Assembly: GCA_963677015.1 (NCBI GenBank)
Contig: OY781533.1
Span: 3,265,231-3,329,230, forward strand
Length of the DNA: 64,000 bases
Direction of reading: 5' to 3'
Source of the DNA: Planctomycetota bacterium
Lineage (GTDB): Bacteria > Planctomycetota > SZUA-567
Shown: positions 25,588 to 36,204 of the stretch, one piece after another
Layout of the letters: each line of letters opens with the position of its first letter
Numbering within the stretch: position 1 is the stretch's first letter
Notes under the pieces: generated by a model
The model's input: the letters and a program-made list of their open reading frames with translations, nothing else
What the model was told of the DNA's origin: nothing
Databases searched by the model: none
Program-made: the position numbers and the translations under genes

Positions 25588-27894
25588 CTACAGTTTGATA
25601 TCAATAACCTCAACAGAATCATTTTCAGAATCTCCAGAATCAGCTTTAGAATTATCATCCTCCGCTTCAGTAACAATTACAGAACTGTCAAGCTGTGAAT
25701 CAGGATCGTATTCACCGCGCTTTCGAACCTGACGCTTTCTGCCTTCACGCAGCAGCATTCTGGAGAATAGCGAATTATTATTCTTCGCACCACCACCGTA
25801 TTCCTCGAGCAGATCTTTATAATACCCGCTCTCAGGATAGACAACGGCACGGTTCATCACTATACCAATATTATCCGATATCGGGCGCACACCGTTCAAA
25901 GCCCGCAGCATCTCAAAGAAAGTAACCCCTTCAGCTTCGATAACCAGCAGCGTAGCGTCACAAAATCTGGCCATCATCTCCGCATCAGCAGATAGCAGCA
26001 CCGGCGGAGTATCATAAATTACAATATCATATAGACCGCTTATCTCTTTATAATGTTCCGACCAGTCAGCCTTTGATGGCAGTAAAGTCTCTCCGAGAAT
26101 ATTACCGGCCCGGATACGGTCTGGAAGACGGTGCTGAGGATCTGCAGGTATAATACAGTCCTTAACCGGTACTGAATCCCGCAGAATATCAATAAATCCT
26201 GGATGATCAATTCCACCATAACGTGAATCAGGCTTGAAGATATTCGCCTCAATCAGCAGAGCTTTAACTCCGAGATATGCAAGTTCATTACAGAGAAGAA
26301 ACGAAAGCTCGGTCGAGCCACCACCGGCTTTTGCCGAGGTAAATTCAAAATGCACCAGATCATCCTTCCGGCCTTTGGCCAGTATTGCCAGCGCCAGCCG
26401 TCGCAACTGATCCCGCGCCAGTTCCCGATATTGCTTGTCACCATGCTCCAGAATGCACCCCAAAGGCGGATTCTTTGCCGCCAGAAAGACATCGCTTGGA
26501 GTCATAACCCACGGATTGAATGCATCCAGCATACATGGAATGCCGATTCCTATTAACAGCCCCAAAAAGAAAATAGCGACAAAAACCTTCATCCGGTTTT
26601 TATGATCCGGCACCTCCGGATACCGCGCATAGGACGACATCTCAATCATACCCGGGGCATTCTCTTCAGTTGCAAACATATCAAGCTTATTATCAATAGT
26701 CACCAGCTGATCACTTATACGGTCCATCTCAACCTTGATACTTGAGGCCTGATCATATAGTGAGTTATACTTCTGCATCTGCTCCTGCATCTTGGCCAGT
26801 TTTCCACGTAACTCTTCCTCAAGCTGAGAGGTTTCGGTAGCGGCGTACTTCGAATCTTCAAGTTTTGCCGCCATCTGCCGCTTGATCTTATCTATACTAT
26901 CGGTAATTATTTTTTCGCGCAGATCCTTATATTCCCGCTCCCGCATTTTCAACTGTTCTTCAAGGCGTTTGCGTTTAGGATGATTAGGCTTCATATTGTT
27001 TATTACCGACTGCAGTGATACCTTCTGCTCCAGCAGAGATGAATAAGTTGAATGCAGCAGCTCATTTTTTTCCGCCTCCAGCTCAGCCATTTTCCGTAAT
27101 TCTTCAGGAGTATACGTGGTTATTGTTTTCTGAAGCGCCTCATACGCAGCTTTAGCCTTGGCACTGGCCACCCCCGCATCATAGATTGCAATATGCAGCG
27201 CATCCACCTGCTGGCGGAAAGGATCTTCCTGCTTATTCATCTCGGTCGCCGCGATCCCCATACCTTCCGCTATTTTAGCTTTCTGGGCTGAGAGATCACG
27301 TAACTTGGAGTATAATTCACGTCTTCTGCGGGTAAGATTGGCTATCCGTTCATCCTTACCCTCAATACCTTCCCCGCGTACTCTGAACAGATACGCATCT
27401 GCTACAGCATTGACAGTCTCAGCCAGCCCGTCCGGATGATCACCCATGAGTGATATCCCCACCATATTGGATTTATCCATTCGGGCAATCACCAGGGCAT
27501 TTTTCAGATTTTCAACAGCAGCAGTAGACGACGGTTTCTTCCAGAAAAACACCGTACTCTTCCAGCCCATGGGTTTATCCCACATCTCAGCTTTTTTCCC
27601 AAGTCTGAGCAGGGCATCTTTGAGCACTTCATAACTGGACATTATAAATATCTGATTCTGCACAAAGGACTGGTAATTATTTATGTGCAGATCTGAATCA
27701 GCAGACAGATTCGATCTCTGCTGTGATGCTATATAAATCAGAGCCTTGGCCTCATAAAGAGGCTTGGTATACCAGGCTGCGGTTACAGCGACAATCGAAA
27801 AAATAGCAATCGTCAGTGATGCTGACAATATATGCCGCTTAAAACTTTTAAACGGTTGCAAAGGCCGTACAAAACCAAAACTAGTTCTAGCCAT
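25588..27894 (-). CDS. Polysaccharide co-polymerase / Wzc-GumC-EpsG-like protein with degenerate P-loop domain
   Basis: 768 aa. N-terminal TM plus a Wzz-type region (YEAKALIYI), a long coiled coil, a second TM (VFVAIFFLGLLIGIGIPCML), and a C-terminal MinD/BY-kinase-like domain with Walker B YDIVIYDTPP. Walker A reads SAKAGGGST. Confidence 0.78.
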   Translation of the reverse strand: MARTSFGFVRPLQPFKSFKRHILSASLTIAIFSIVAVTAAWYTKPLYEAKALIYIASQQRSNLSADSDLHINNYQSFVQNQIFIMSSYEVLKDALLRLGKKAEMWDKPMGWKSTVFFWKKPSSTAAVENLKNALVIARMDKSNMVGISLMGDHPDGLAETVNAVADAYLFRVRGEGIEGKDERIANLTRRRRELYSKLRDLSAQKAKIAEGMGIAATEMNKQEDPFRQQVDALHIAIYDAGVASAKAKAAYEALQKTITTYTPEELRKMAELEAEKNELLHSTYSSLLEQKVSLQSVINNMKPNHPKRKRLEEQLKMREREYKDLREKIITDSIDKIKRQMAAKLEDSKYAATETSQLEEELRGKLAKMQEQMQKYNSLYDQASSIKVEMDRISDQLVTIDNKLDMFATEENAPGMIEMSSYARYPEVPDHKNRMKVFVAIFFLGLLIGIGIPCMLDAFNPWVMTPSDVFLAAKNPPLGCILEHGDKQYRELARDQLRRLALAILAKGRKDDLVHFEFTSAKAGGGSTELSFLLCNELAYLGVKALLIEANIFKPDSRYGGIDHPGFIDILRDSVPVKDCIIPADPQHRLPDRIRAGNILGETLLPSKADWSEHYKEISGLYDIVIYDTPPVLLSADAEMMARFCDATLLVIEAEGVTFFEMLRALNGVRPISDNIGIVMNRAVVYPESGYYKDLLEEYGGGAKNNNSLFSRMLLREGRKRQVRKRGEYDPDSQLDSSVIVTEAEDDNSKADSGDSENDSVEVIDIKL

Positions 27895-27920
27895 TATAAT
27901 CCTCTTCTAATTCACAGCTA

Positions 27921-29714
27921 CTAAAAATCTTTATTACCTTTGGAATATTTATTCCGCAATAATCCGGTAATACCCGACACAAACCGTGTTAAATCAGCTT
28001 CTCTGTATGCAATTACCCGGTAAATTGACCACTCACGAACCTCGCCTTCCAGACGAGCGAACAGGTCCTCACCCAGCATTTTTACATAATTTGACTTTAT
28101 TGATTTCCCGTCAAAAAACCAGAAAGCAAACCAGCGGAACTCCTCTCCATTGCGGAGTTCCATAACTGTTATCGGAAAATCTGTTCCATTCACCCCAGTA
28201 AAACTAAGAGTTTTTTTATCAACTATCTTCCAGCCGGCACCGGTCAGACAGTACTCAGGAGGATGCAGACGATGTCGGTTGCGCCCGGAAAAATTATAGA
28301 AAAATTCTACAGGAAGCGCGTAATCACTCGTATACACCCAAAGCTCAGCAGCAGTCCCTCCCAGCAATTCACGGGTTTGCTCAGAAATTCCGACCTTCTC
28401 CCCTTTCCAGGGTTCCACTACCGCTGGAGCCTCGGTAAACAATCTGTACTCGCTATTACCGCCAGTACCGGCCGGAACCGACTCCATACCCTGCCATAAT
28501 AACTCCATACCGGTAAAGACCAGAAGCAGAAGTCCAACAATCGCAACACGCCGTCGCCGCAGCTTACCTGCCCCAGCAGTAGCGGTACCGCTCATTCCAG
28601 ACATACCTGAAGAATACCTGTGCCATAAAATAACATACACCAGCGACAGAATGATAGACAGAGATACTCTAAACAAAAACAGCTCTATCCAGCTATACCC
28701 GCCTCCGCTGAAAATCAGTTGCTTCAATACCAACGGAACTCTGGGAAAGCTCAACGCAAAAACAACCAGTAACGGCAAGGTATACAGCAACTCCCGCCAA
28801 CCGTAGAATAACAACAGACAACCTGAAACAAATATCAGTAAACCGCCACCCTGCAGCGCAACAAATCCCAGACGATCAAGAACAAGTACCGAAAGCAACC
28901 CGGTTATCAATAATATATAACCGGCAGCGGCAGTAACCCTGCCGGAATCAGACGGAAGATTAACCCCGGTCGTCGACCTTCTTCTACGGCTTATTAAAAA
29001 CATTATCACTGCTAATAAAGCAAAGAGCCAGGCATACCGGTTATAAGGATTCCATTCACTTCCCAGCCAGCTTTTCCCCATTACTGAAAGAAAAGGGAAA
29101 AATATAATAACCGCCAATAAAACCCTGAAAACAAATGCCAGAAACGTATCAAAAAAATCAAAGCAGCGCAAGAAAACTATATAGCGACATACCTGCCAGA
29201 AGCATAACAGCGCCAGAGCAAATGCGACCACACCAATAAACTGATGAGTAAAGGTTTCCTCCTGTAGCCCGCTGCCGGACTGAAGACTGGCAAGCATCAG
29301 TGCGCTTACACGCAAGCCGTTGGCAATTATCGCAATAGGAATGGAAATGATAACAGCCAGCACCTTCTGCGTAAGAGTCAGCCCGCCCCAGATACCGGCA
29401 AGGATGATAGCTGCTGCAATCATCTGCTGCATCGTCTTCGAACCGCTGCATGCGAGATCAACATTAAAGCGGAAGGTTCCAACCACCAGGCTTGTTCCTT
29501 CACGGATAACATCATAGCCACACCATGAAACCACAAATTCCGAGATACTTGTAGATACCACCCGTAACGGCATAGCAATAAAATCATTGATCCAGGCATC
29601 GAAGATCAGCAGAAACACCCCTGCCCCAAGCAGGCTGTAAAGTAGTCTGACAGACAGTAATATACCTGCATTATGCTGTTTGCTCTTACTATTCAGCATC
29701 GGTAACAGCTCCAT
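27921..29714 (-). CDS. Exosortase (EpsH/Xrt family) fused to a C-terminal EpsI-family domain
   Basis: 597 aa. Exosortase catalytic signatures VDLACSGSKTM (Cys), ANGLRVSALM (Arg) and FTHQFIGVV (His). Extra TM helices follow, then a soluble ~170-aa tail (PWKGEKVGISEQTRELLGG...YTSDYALPVEFFYNFS...HPPEYCLTGAGW) typical of EpsI. Confidence 0.8.
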   Translation of the reverse strand: MELLPMLNSKSKQHNAGILLSVRLLYSLLGAGVFLLIFDAWINDFIAMPLRVVSTSISEFVVSWCGYDVIREGTSLVVGTFRFNVDLACSGSKTMQQMIAAAIILAGIWGGLTLTQKVLAVIISIPIAIIANGLRVSALMLASLQSGSGLQEETFTHQFIGVVAFALALLCFWQVCRYIVFLRCFDFFDTFLAFVFRVLLAVIIFFPFLSVMGKSWLGSEWNPYNRYAWLFALLAVIMFLISRRRRSTTGVNLPSDSGRVTAAAGYILLITGLLSVLVLDRLGFVALQGGGLLIFVSGCLLLFYGWRELLYTLPLLVVFALSFPRVPLVLKQLIFSGGGYSWIELFLFRVSLSIILSLVYVILWHRYSSGMSGMSGTATAGAGKLRRRRVAIVGLLLLVFTGMELLWQGMESVPAGTGGNSEYRLFTEAPAVVEPWKGEKVGISEQTRELLGGTAAELWVYTSDYALPVEFFYNFSGRNRHRLHPPEYCLTGAGWKIVDKKTLSFTGVNGTDFPITVMELRNGEEFRWFAFWFFDGKSIKSNYVKMLGEDLFARLEGEVREWSIYRVIAYREADLTRFVSGITGLLRNKYSKGNKDF

Positions 29715-29766
29715 ATGCTCAGCATTATACCCTCACTCCGAAGATTTCAGCGTCAACGCGTCAACC

Positions 29767-32700
29767 TTATTCAATATTTTCAAGTTTCTCACGTGCTTCC
29801 TTTTTCAGTTCCGGAGTGCTCCGTTCCGCCTGTTCCGCATTCAAGTATGCTTTCTTCGCTTCTGAACGAACCTTTTTCCCACTCCAGGCATCTCCAAGAC
29901 GCATATATAAACTTGGTTCGAGTCGGAAAAGAACCGGATTCTTACGCAAAACCTCAATCGTCTTATCAAATTTACCAAATTTATTATATGCCGTAGTACA
30001 GGTATCAAGGAGCATAAGATCTTCCGGATACAGCTTGAGAGCCTTATCCGCTTCTGCAATTATATCAGATTCCGACACCTGCTTTGAATGCAGACTGGCC
30101 CAGATATAGTTATTAAGAAGATGTTTCTCATCTGGAACAAGCTCCAGCCCACGCTTATAGATCAGCTGAGCCATATCCGGCTTCTGTGCCTCATCAGCCA
30201 TAATTCCCAGAGCCATAAGTGTTCTTGGTGTAAAATTGAACTTACTCAGCCCCTTAACAACATATTCATCATCCGAAGCAGTTGACTGCGGATCTTTTAT
30301 TATAAGCTCAACTATTCTGAACTGTATTTTAGGGGAACTGGAATAAGGTTTGAGCTTATCAATTGCCTCCTGAGTCTTATTCTCGGCTGCCAGAATCTGT
30401 GACTCAAGAATAAGCCGGTCATTCTGCCCGATATCTTTGGCCTGTCTGAGCGCCTCAAATGCAGCTTCAGGTTTATTCTGCTGCAAGAACAGCATTACCC
30501 GGGCATGCTCAAATAAAGCATTTGCCTTACCGGTCTTCACACCAACCGCTGTAATCTTTGCAGCCTCGTCCAAACGTCCAAGCCGTACCAGAATATCAAT
30601 CTTCTGCTGTAAAAACAACGGCAGATCAGGGCGTATCTGCAAACACAGGTTTATCGTATCAAGTGCTTTCTCTGCTTCATTCTGACCAAGCTGACACCGG
30701 CTAAGCAAAAATAAGGCATCAATATTTCTAGGATATTTATTCAAGACATCATCAAGCATGAGCTCAGCAGAAGCATTATTGCCCGTGACTATATCAACAT
30801 TAGCAATAATTATCTTCGGACGCACCAGCTCAGGAGATATTTTCAATGCTCTTTCGGCAATAAACTTCGCCTGCTGATACTGATTATGCTTGAGCAGAAT
30901 AGATGCCAGCTCGACATACGCACGTATCAGCTTCGGATTATCATCTATCGCCTGCTGGAACTGTTTTGCAGCGTCTTCCTCACGCCCCTTAAGCGCCAAC
31001 AGCAGCCCATACTCAACCCGCCACTGCCCCTTATCAACCGGGGTGCCTTCTACCTCGGAGAACAGCTCCAAAGCCTTATCATGCTCTCCCAAACCATAAA
31101 GAGCCCGCGCTTTATAAGTCGCATCAATATTTTTTTCATTTACAATATCCAATACCCCATTAAACATTGCCAACTGCAGCATCGCTTCGGCCATAACACT
31201 GTTTACACGGGCTTCATAGGTTGGCTCAACACCTTTAGCCAGCAACTTCTCAAACACATCCAGAGCCGCCTGAGCATTACCTTCTTCCAAATTGAGCTCG
31301 CCCTTGCCAAGCATGATATCATCACTCTGCCCATACTTCTTTTCCAGCACGGTCTGCGCCCCTTTACTGATTTCAGGGAACCCTGCCGGATAAGCAACAT
31401 CACGCAGCAGCATCAGAGTCTTTTTTGATATCATATGCCTGTTATGCATACGCCGGATAAGCTCAAAACTGGCAAGATACTTCTTATCAGCCGCCAGCAC
31501 TTCAGCCAGATGCTCAAGCAGATACCGCCCGGAACCTATCGTCTTATTGGCTCTGGCCGCCAGCGAATAATCCTTTATCGACTCTTCATAATTCTTTATA
31601 TCAGCATTATACCCTGCCTGTGTTAGCAGAACCACTACATTTTTACCAAGAATATCCTCCGCCGTAACCAGTTTATCTGAAGCACCGCTCTTACCCTCCA
31701 GACGGTCTATAAAATACTGGGTCAGGTTTCTTTCACCCTCATAGAATCTGTCCTTGCCTGATGCAAAGAGCAGCAGCTTGTCCAACCCGGACTTATCTTT
31801 CTGAGTATAGAGAATCGGCGCCAGAAATAACCGGGCCTGATGCGCAGTACGGTTACTTCCAAGCTCGGAAAGTTCCGCATCAAAATACTTATGTATCTTA
31901 CTGAGTTCCTCCAGAAACTCTTCACTGTCATGAGAATTCTCAGCCGCGATACGATTAAAATCCTGAGCTATTAATTCACTGAAGAGTGAAAGTTCAAAGA
32001 TATCATTCTGATCCGCATCCATAACATCTCTGGTACGGGGGCTGAGCTTATTCAATAACGGCTTGAGTGCCGGATCATGTTTGAGTTTATCTATCACATC
32101 TTCAGCAGACACAATGTTATCCGCAGCAAAACGGCTGGGATGTGAAATCTTCTCAAGGTATTCTTTGGCCTTATCTAATTCATTATTCGCAAAGAGAATA
32201 ATCGCATGTGACAGCACTACAAAATCCGAAGCTCCGTTTTCCCTGGTATACGTTGTAAACAGGGTCTTTTCCTTATTCGGTTCAGCTTCAATAGCATATA
32301 GATTTGCCAGTATTATTTCACCGCCATCCCCGAGATAATTCTTTGCCTGCGCCTCCTCCAGCACCTGTATGGCCTTGACCGGTTCACGCAGCGCCAGAAA
32401 ATTTCTGGCTGTATATTCATAAATTGCCGGATGAGGATCATTAGTAATGAGCCAGTTGAAATATCCTTCCGCCTGTTCATACTTCTCCAGCTGATAATAA
32501 TAAAGCGCATAAAGCTTCTGGCGCAGGCTTTCCTCATCTATCTGACCGATAAGTTCAAGTGTGCGCTTTCGCTGTTCGAACTTTGGCAGAATAGAAGTGG
32601 CAACAAGTGAAAAAAGCACTTTTGGCTCCCTGACACCACTGCCCCAAATCTTTTCCAGAATCTGATTAGCCTCACTCTTCTTACCGGCTTTAATAGCAGC

Positions 32701-32961
32701 ATCTGCCGCTTTCTTCATCAGAGTCATATTATCAGGATCTTTACTGCTGGCTGCTTTTATAGAGCGAAAGGCTTTAAAGTTATCCCCCATACTGGAATAA
32801 CTGAAATACTCCTTCATAAGCTCGTCTTTGGATTTATTGACTCCATACTCAGAATTACCCCCACGTCCGGTAAATTTGTAGTATCCATACAAAGCGATCA
32901 CCAGAATAATTACGAAAATAGCAATCGCCACAACAAATTTTAATCTGAATGATTTCTGCAT
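29767..32961 (-). CDS. Large TPR-repeat protein (PEP-CTERM system PrsT-like)
   Basis: 1064 aa. N-terminal TM/signal anchor, then many 34-aa TPR-like units (for example AEKALDTINLCLQIRPDLPLFL, YQQAKFIAERALKISPELV). It lies between the priming transferase and the exosortase, as in PEP-CTERM EPS loci. Confidence 0.75.
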   Translation of the reverse strand: MQKSFRLKFVVAIAIFVIILVIALYGYYKFTGRGGNSEYGVNKSKDELMKEYFSYSSMGDNFKAFRSIKAASSKDPDNMTLMKKAADAAIKAGKKSEANQILEKIWGSGVREPKVLFSLVATSILPKFEQRKRTLELIGQIDEESLRQKLYALYYYQLEKYEQAEGYFNWLITNDPHPAIYEYTARNFLALREPVKAIQVLEEAQAKNYLGDGGEIILANLYAIEAEPNKEKTLFTTYTRENGASDFVVLSHAIILFANNELDKAKEYLEKISHPSRFAADNIVSAEDVIDKLKHDPALKPLLNKLSPRTRDVMDADQNDIFELSLFSELIAQDFNRIAAENSHDSEEFLEELSKIHKYFDAELSELGSNRTAHQARLFLAPILYTQKDKSGLDKLLLFASGKDRFYEGERNLTQYFIDRLEGKSGASDKLVTAEDILGKNVVVLLTQAGYNADIKNYEESIKDYSLAARANKTIGSGRYLLEHLAEVLAADKKYLASFELIRRMHNRHMISKKTLMLLRDVAYPAGFPEISKGAQTVLEKKYGQSDDIMLGKGELNLEEGNAQAALDVFEKLLAKGVEPTYEARVNSVMAEAMLQLAMFNGVLDIVNEKNIDATYKARALYGLGEHDKALELFSEVEGTPVDKGQWRVEYGLLLALKGREEDAAKQFQQAIDDNPKLIRAYVELASILLKHNQYQQAKFIAERALKISPELVRPKIIIANVDIVTGNNASAELMLDDVLNKYPRNIDALFLLSRCQLGQNEAEKALDTINLCLQIRPDLPLFLQQKIDILVRLGRLDEAAKITAVGVKTGKANALFEHARVMLFLQQNKPEAAFEALRQAKDIGQNDRLILESQILAAENKTQEAIDKLKPYSSSPKIQFRIVELIIKDPQSTASDDEYVVKGLSKFNFTPRTLMALGIMADEAQKPDMAQLIYKRGLELVPDEKHLLNNYIWASLHSKQVSESDIIAEADKALKLYPEDLMLLDTCTTAYNKFGKFDKTIEVLRKNPVLFRLEPSLYMRLGDAWSGKKVRSEAKKAYLNAEQAERSTPELKKEAREKLENIE

Positions 32962-33017
32962 AATGCTCTATCCCGTTATCCAATTAATTTTTTAAAACCA
33001 CAGGGTTGAAACCCCGG

Positions 33018-34427
33018 TCAATATGCATTTTTACCCAGCAGCACAACAACAATGGTCTTGATGATAATATCAATATCAAGCGAAATATTCCACTCACGTA
33101 TATAACGCACATCCAGCTCCACCCGCTTCTCCATCTGCTCCAGATCTTTGGTTTCGCCACGATAACCATTTATCTGCGCCAGACCGGTGATTCCGGGTTT
33201 AATCTTATGGCGCATCATATAGCCGCTTATGAGTTTACGGTACTCCTCATTATGCGCCACCGCATGCGGGCGCGGACCGACAATACTCATACGTCCCTGC
33301 AGCACATTTATAAACTGTGGAATTTCATCCAGAGAAGTTTTTCGCAGAAACCGACCTACAGGAGTTATTCTGTCATCATCTTTGGTTGCCTGTACTACTT
33401 TAGGACCATCCTCACAGACATTCATAGTCCGGAATTTCCAAATCTTAATAACATCACCGTTTATCCCATACCTCTGCTGCTTAAAGATAACCGGACCTCT
33501 GCTGGTCAACTTGATAATCACGGCAATCACCGCCAAAAGCGGCAGTAACAGAGGGAGCATACCAATAGTGATAACCAGATCTTCAATCCGCTTAATAAAT
33601 GTATTAATTCCAAAAAACGGGGTATCGAAAATTTCAATCAGAGGTATCTTGCCATAAACAGAAAGATCCCCCTGTATAAGCTCGAATATAAATGAATCAG
33701 GAACAATATACACCGAGACAGTTGTATTCTTAAGACTGTTTACAAGACTTTTAACCCGCTTCTCAGCCTTGAACGGCAGAGTAATAAATAGTACATCAAA
33801 TTTGCTGTTCATTGCATCATCAAGCATATCAGAGAATCGCCCGAGATGTTCAAGGTCGGTAAATGGTATCTCGGGCAGACGCCCGGTAGCTCTATCATCA
33901 TAGATCCCATTTATTATTAACCCTTTACTGTATTCATCATCCTTTATCTGTCTTATAAGATCAAAAGCGAAATTATTCAGACCGGCCACCGCCACTTTGA
34001 CCTGATACCGCCCGGCAATATGCAATGTACTGATACAATACCGCCAGAGGAAATCAACAAGATACAGACCAATAACGGTGGTGCAAAACCAGATTGAAAG
34101 GATAACACGGGAATGTTCTGCTGTATTCTTACGTAAAAAGGCCACAAAAAGCGTCAGCATAAATGCCAGAGCCCAACAGCTGAAAAGCTTGACCTTATCC
34201 TCCCGCGCAGAATTCTTGGAAAATCTGTTGAACAGCTCAAAGTAATTTCCAAGAAAGATATATAGCAGACTGGCAGCCAGCCCGGTTATCGCATACTCCT
34301 CATCCCAAGAATCATCATATCCCCAGGCACTAAGAGCCAAAACCACCGAAATAAGGATAAAATCAACAACAGGTAATAATACCGCAATTTTAGGGTCTTT
34401 AGAAAAATAAAATTCTTTTTTAGGCAT
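33018..34427 (-). CDS. Undecaprenyl-phosphate sugar phosphotransferase (exopolysaccharide priming enzyme, WcaJ/EpsB type)
   Basis: 469 aa. Four or five N-terminal TM helices and a central NAD-like linker. The C-terminal bacterial sugar-transferase domain has GPVIFKQQRYGING, RITPVGRFLRKTSLDEIPQFINVLQGRMSIVGPRP and KPGITGLAQINGYRGE. Confidence 0.88.
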   Translation of the reverse strand: MPKKEFYFSKDPKIAVLLPVVDFILISVVLALSAWGYDDSWDEEYAITGLAASLLYIFLGNYFELFNRFSKNSAREDKVKLFSCWALAFMLTLFVAFLRKNTAEHSRVILSIWFCTTVIGLYLVDFLWRYCISTLHIAGRYQVKVAVAGLNNFAFDLIRQIKDDEYSKGLIINGIYDDRATGRLPEIPFTDLEHLGRFSDMLDDAMNSKFDVLFITLPFKAEKRVKSLVNSLKNTTVSVYIVPDSFIFELIQGDLSVYGKIPLIEIFDTPFFGINTFIKRIEDLVITIGMLPLLLPLLAVIAVIIKLTSRGPVIFKQQRYGINGDVIKIWKFRTMNVCEDGPKVVQATKDDDRITPVGRFLRKTSLDEIPQFINVLQGRMSIVGPRPHAVAHNEEYRKLISGYMMRHKIKPGITGLAQINGYRGETKDLEQMEKRVELDVRYIREWNISLDIDIIIKTIVVVLLGKNAY

Positions 34428-34815
34428 ATAACCTCAATACCAGCATAAAAGCCATCAAATCAATATAACATTCTTTCTGTATTTGACTATACATTTTTTC
34501 AGCAGTACAGCAAATTAAAAACCTGTTAAATAGTCGAATATAGACATTATTAATGTAAAAAAACATATTATAATATAACACTCTCTATAAAAATTTTCAT
34601 AAAAGTAATTTTACTTTACACAATCCCCATTGTCGCGTTTTTGCCAATTTTCTGATATATATTTTCAGCTACATTTCGAATAAATACCTAAATTAATAAA
34701 GGTTTAGAAGCAATTACCGACAAAATAATATTGACAGTAAAAAAAATTAACGCTATAATTAACAATTAGGAAATTATGTTAAATATTGTATGCTTCATTA
34801 TATAAGGAGCTGAAG

Positions 34816-35946
34816 ATGATAAAATTACGAACCCTAATACTAGGTCTAATTCTGGCTTTTGTAGCCTGCCTCGGAACGACAGCACAGGCGGCCAGCTACA
34901 CAATGACAATCATTGATCTGGGTGTCATAGGTGACGATACTTCCAGTTATGCGACATCTATAAATAATTCCGGAGTTGTTGTCGGAACCTCTGTAGATGC
35001 GGACGGTAGCACCACAGCCTTCACCTGGGGTCAGTGGTGGCCAAATAACGGCAGTATGCTCAGCCTTAAAGATGGTAATAAAAATACCTATGCTACCGCT
35101 ATAGACAGCAGCGGTCGTATTTTAGGTGGCAGTACCAGTGACAATGGAGATTACCGCGTCGGCACTTGGACTTCATATAATGTCAACAGTAACCTGAATC
35201 AGCTGAGTACCGGCAAAACTACGGCCACAGCTGCGTACAGTATCAATGACAACGGTCAGATTCTTGCGTCTGATGGTGACCCAACCCAGACTATGGTTTA
35301 CAGCATTTGGGGCGGACACAACCCGGTTAAAGTCGGCGGCGATATGGAAATAAAATATGCCTCCGATATAAATGACAGTGGACAGGTAATTGGAGAGACC
35401 GAACTCGGCACCCCTTATATCTGGAACATGTACAACGACAGTACCGAACTTATATCATCAATCAAAGGTTCAGCTACTGATATTAACGACTCAGGTGAAG
35501 TAGTCGGTACCAAAACAGCTGATGTTACCGAATCCGGAGAAGTAATTGATAGCGGTGAAGAACAGGCTTATCTGTATAAAGATGGAGAAGTTATCGAACT
35601 TGGCTATGTCGGTGTCGGTACAAGTTCCGAAGCGTACGCCATCAATGAGGAAGGTGTTATTGTCGGTACTTCAAATGGAAACGCCTTTGTCTGGAGTGCT
35701 GACAGCGGCATGCTCAACCTCAATGACCTGCTGCCGGACGGCAGTGAATGGACAAACCTGTCTGTTGCCAGTGATATAAATGACCTGGGGCAGATAGTCG
35801 GCTGGGGAACAATAAACGGCGAGACTCATGCTTTTCTGATCTCTGAAATTGTTGCCGCACCCGAACCAAAGATAATCTTTATAGTTCTGCTGATTGTCTG
35901 TGTCGCTCTCTTCAGAGTTTTTCAGGAGACCGGCGGCAAAGCCTGA
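34816..35946 (+). CDS. HAF-family extracellular repeat protein with PEP-CTERM sorting signal
   Basis: Signal peptide MIKLRTLILGLILAFVACLGTTAQA. Repeated IN(D/N)SG(Q/E)(V/I)VG units (>=8), terminal GETHAFLIS (HAF motif), then AAPEP plus a hydrophobic helix plus FR (PEP-CTERM). Start set at ATG 34816 (AAGGAG 6 nt upstream). Confidence 0.8.
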   Translation: MIKLRTLILGLILAFVACLGTTAQAASYTMTIIDLGVIGDDTSSYATSINNSGVVVGTSVDADGSTTAFTWGQWWPNNGSMLSLKDGNKNTYATAIDSSGRILGGSTSDNGDYRVGTWTSYNVNSNLNQLSTGKTTATAAYSINDNGQILASDGDPTQTMVYSIWGGHNPVKVGGDMEIKYASDINDSGQVIGETELGTPYIWNMYNDSTELISSIKGSATDINDSGEVVGTKTADVTESGEVIDSGEEQAYLYKDGEVIELGYVGVGTSSEAYAINEEGVIVGTSNGNAFVWSADSGMLNLNDLLPDGSEWTNLSVASDINDLGQIVGWGTINGETHAFLISEIVAAPEPKIIFIVLLIVCVALFRVFQETGGKA

Positions 35947-35981
35947 ATCTAAGTTATTCTCTAAAATTTCATTATTTTACC

Positions 35982-36020
35982 AGTTGAGACCGAATATTTT
36001 TCAGGTCTCAACTTTTTTTT
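35982..36020 (+). terminator. Rho-independent terminator
   Basis: Perfect 10-bp stem AGTTGAGACC / GGTCTCAACT with a 12-nt loop, followed by a T8 run, 36 nt after the HAF-protein stop. Confidence 0.8.
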
Positions 36021-36204
36021 ATGCCGCAGACAGTAATCATAATATATAACGGGCAGCATATCCGCTCATATCTTACTTTCAAAATCACCGATATATCTAT
36101 ACTGAGACATGAAAAATATTGTATAAAACATCAAGCATATACAGTTATTTTGCCGATAAACTGGTGTTAAATATTTTTGCGTAACCCATAATGAAAGTAA
36201 AAAG

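Noticed and set aside
33006-33657. 180-aa and 142-aa plus-strand ORFs inside the sugar phosphotransferase gene
   Set aside because: The minus-strand frame carries the conserved bacterial sugar-transferase motifs, and the plus-strand frames have no features.
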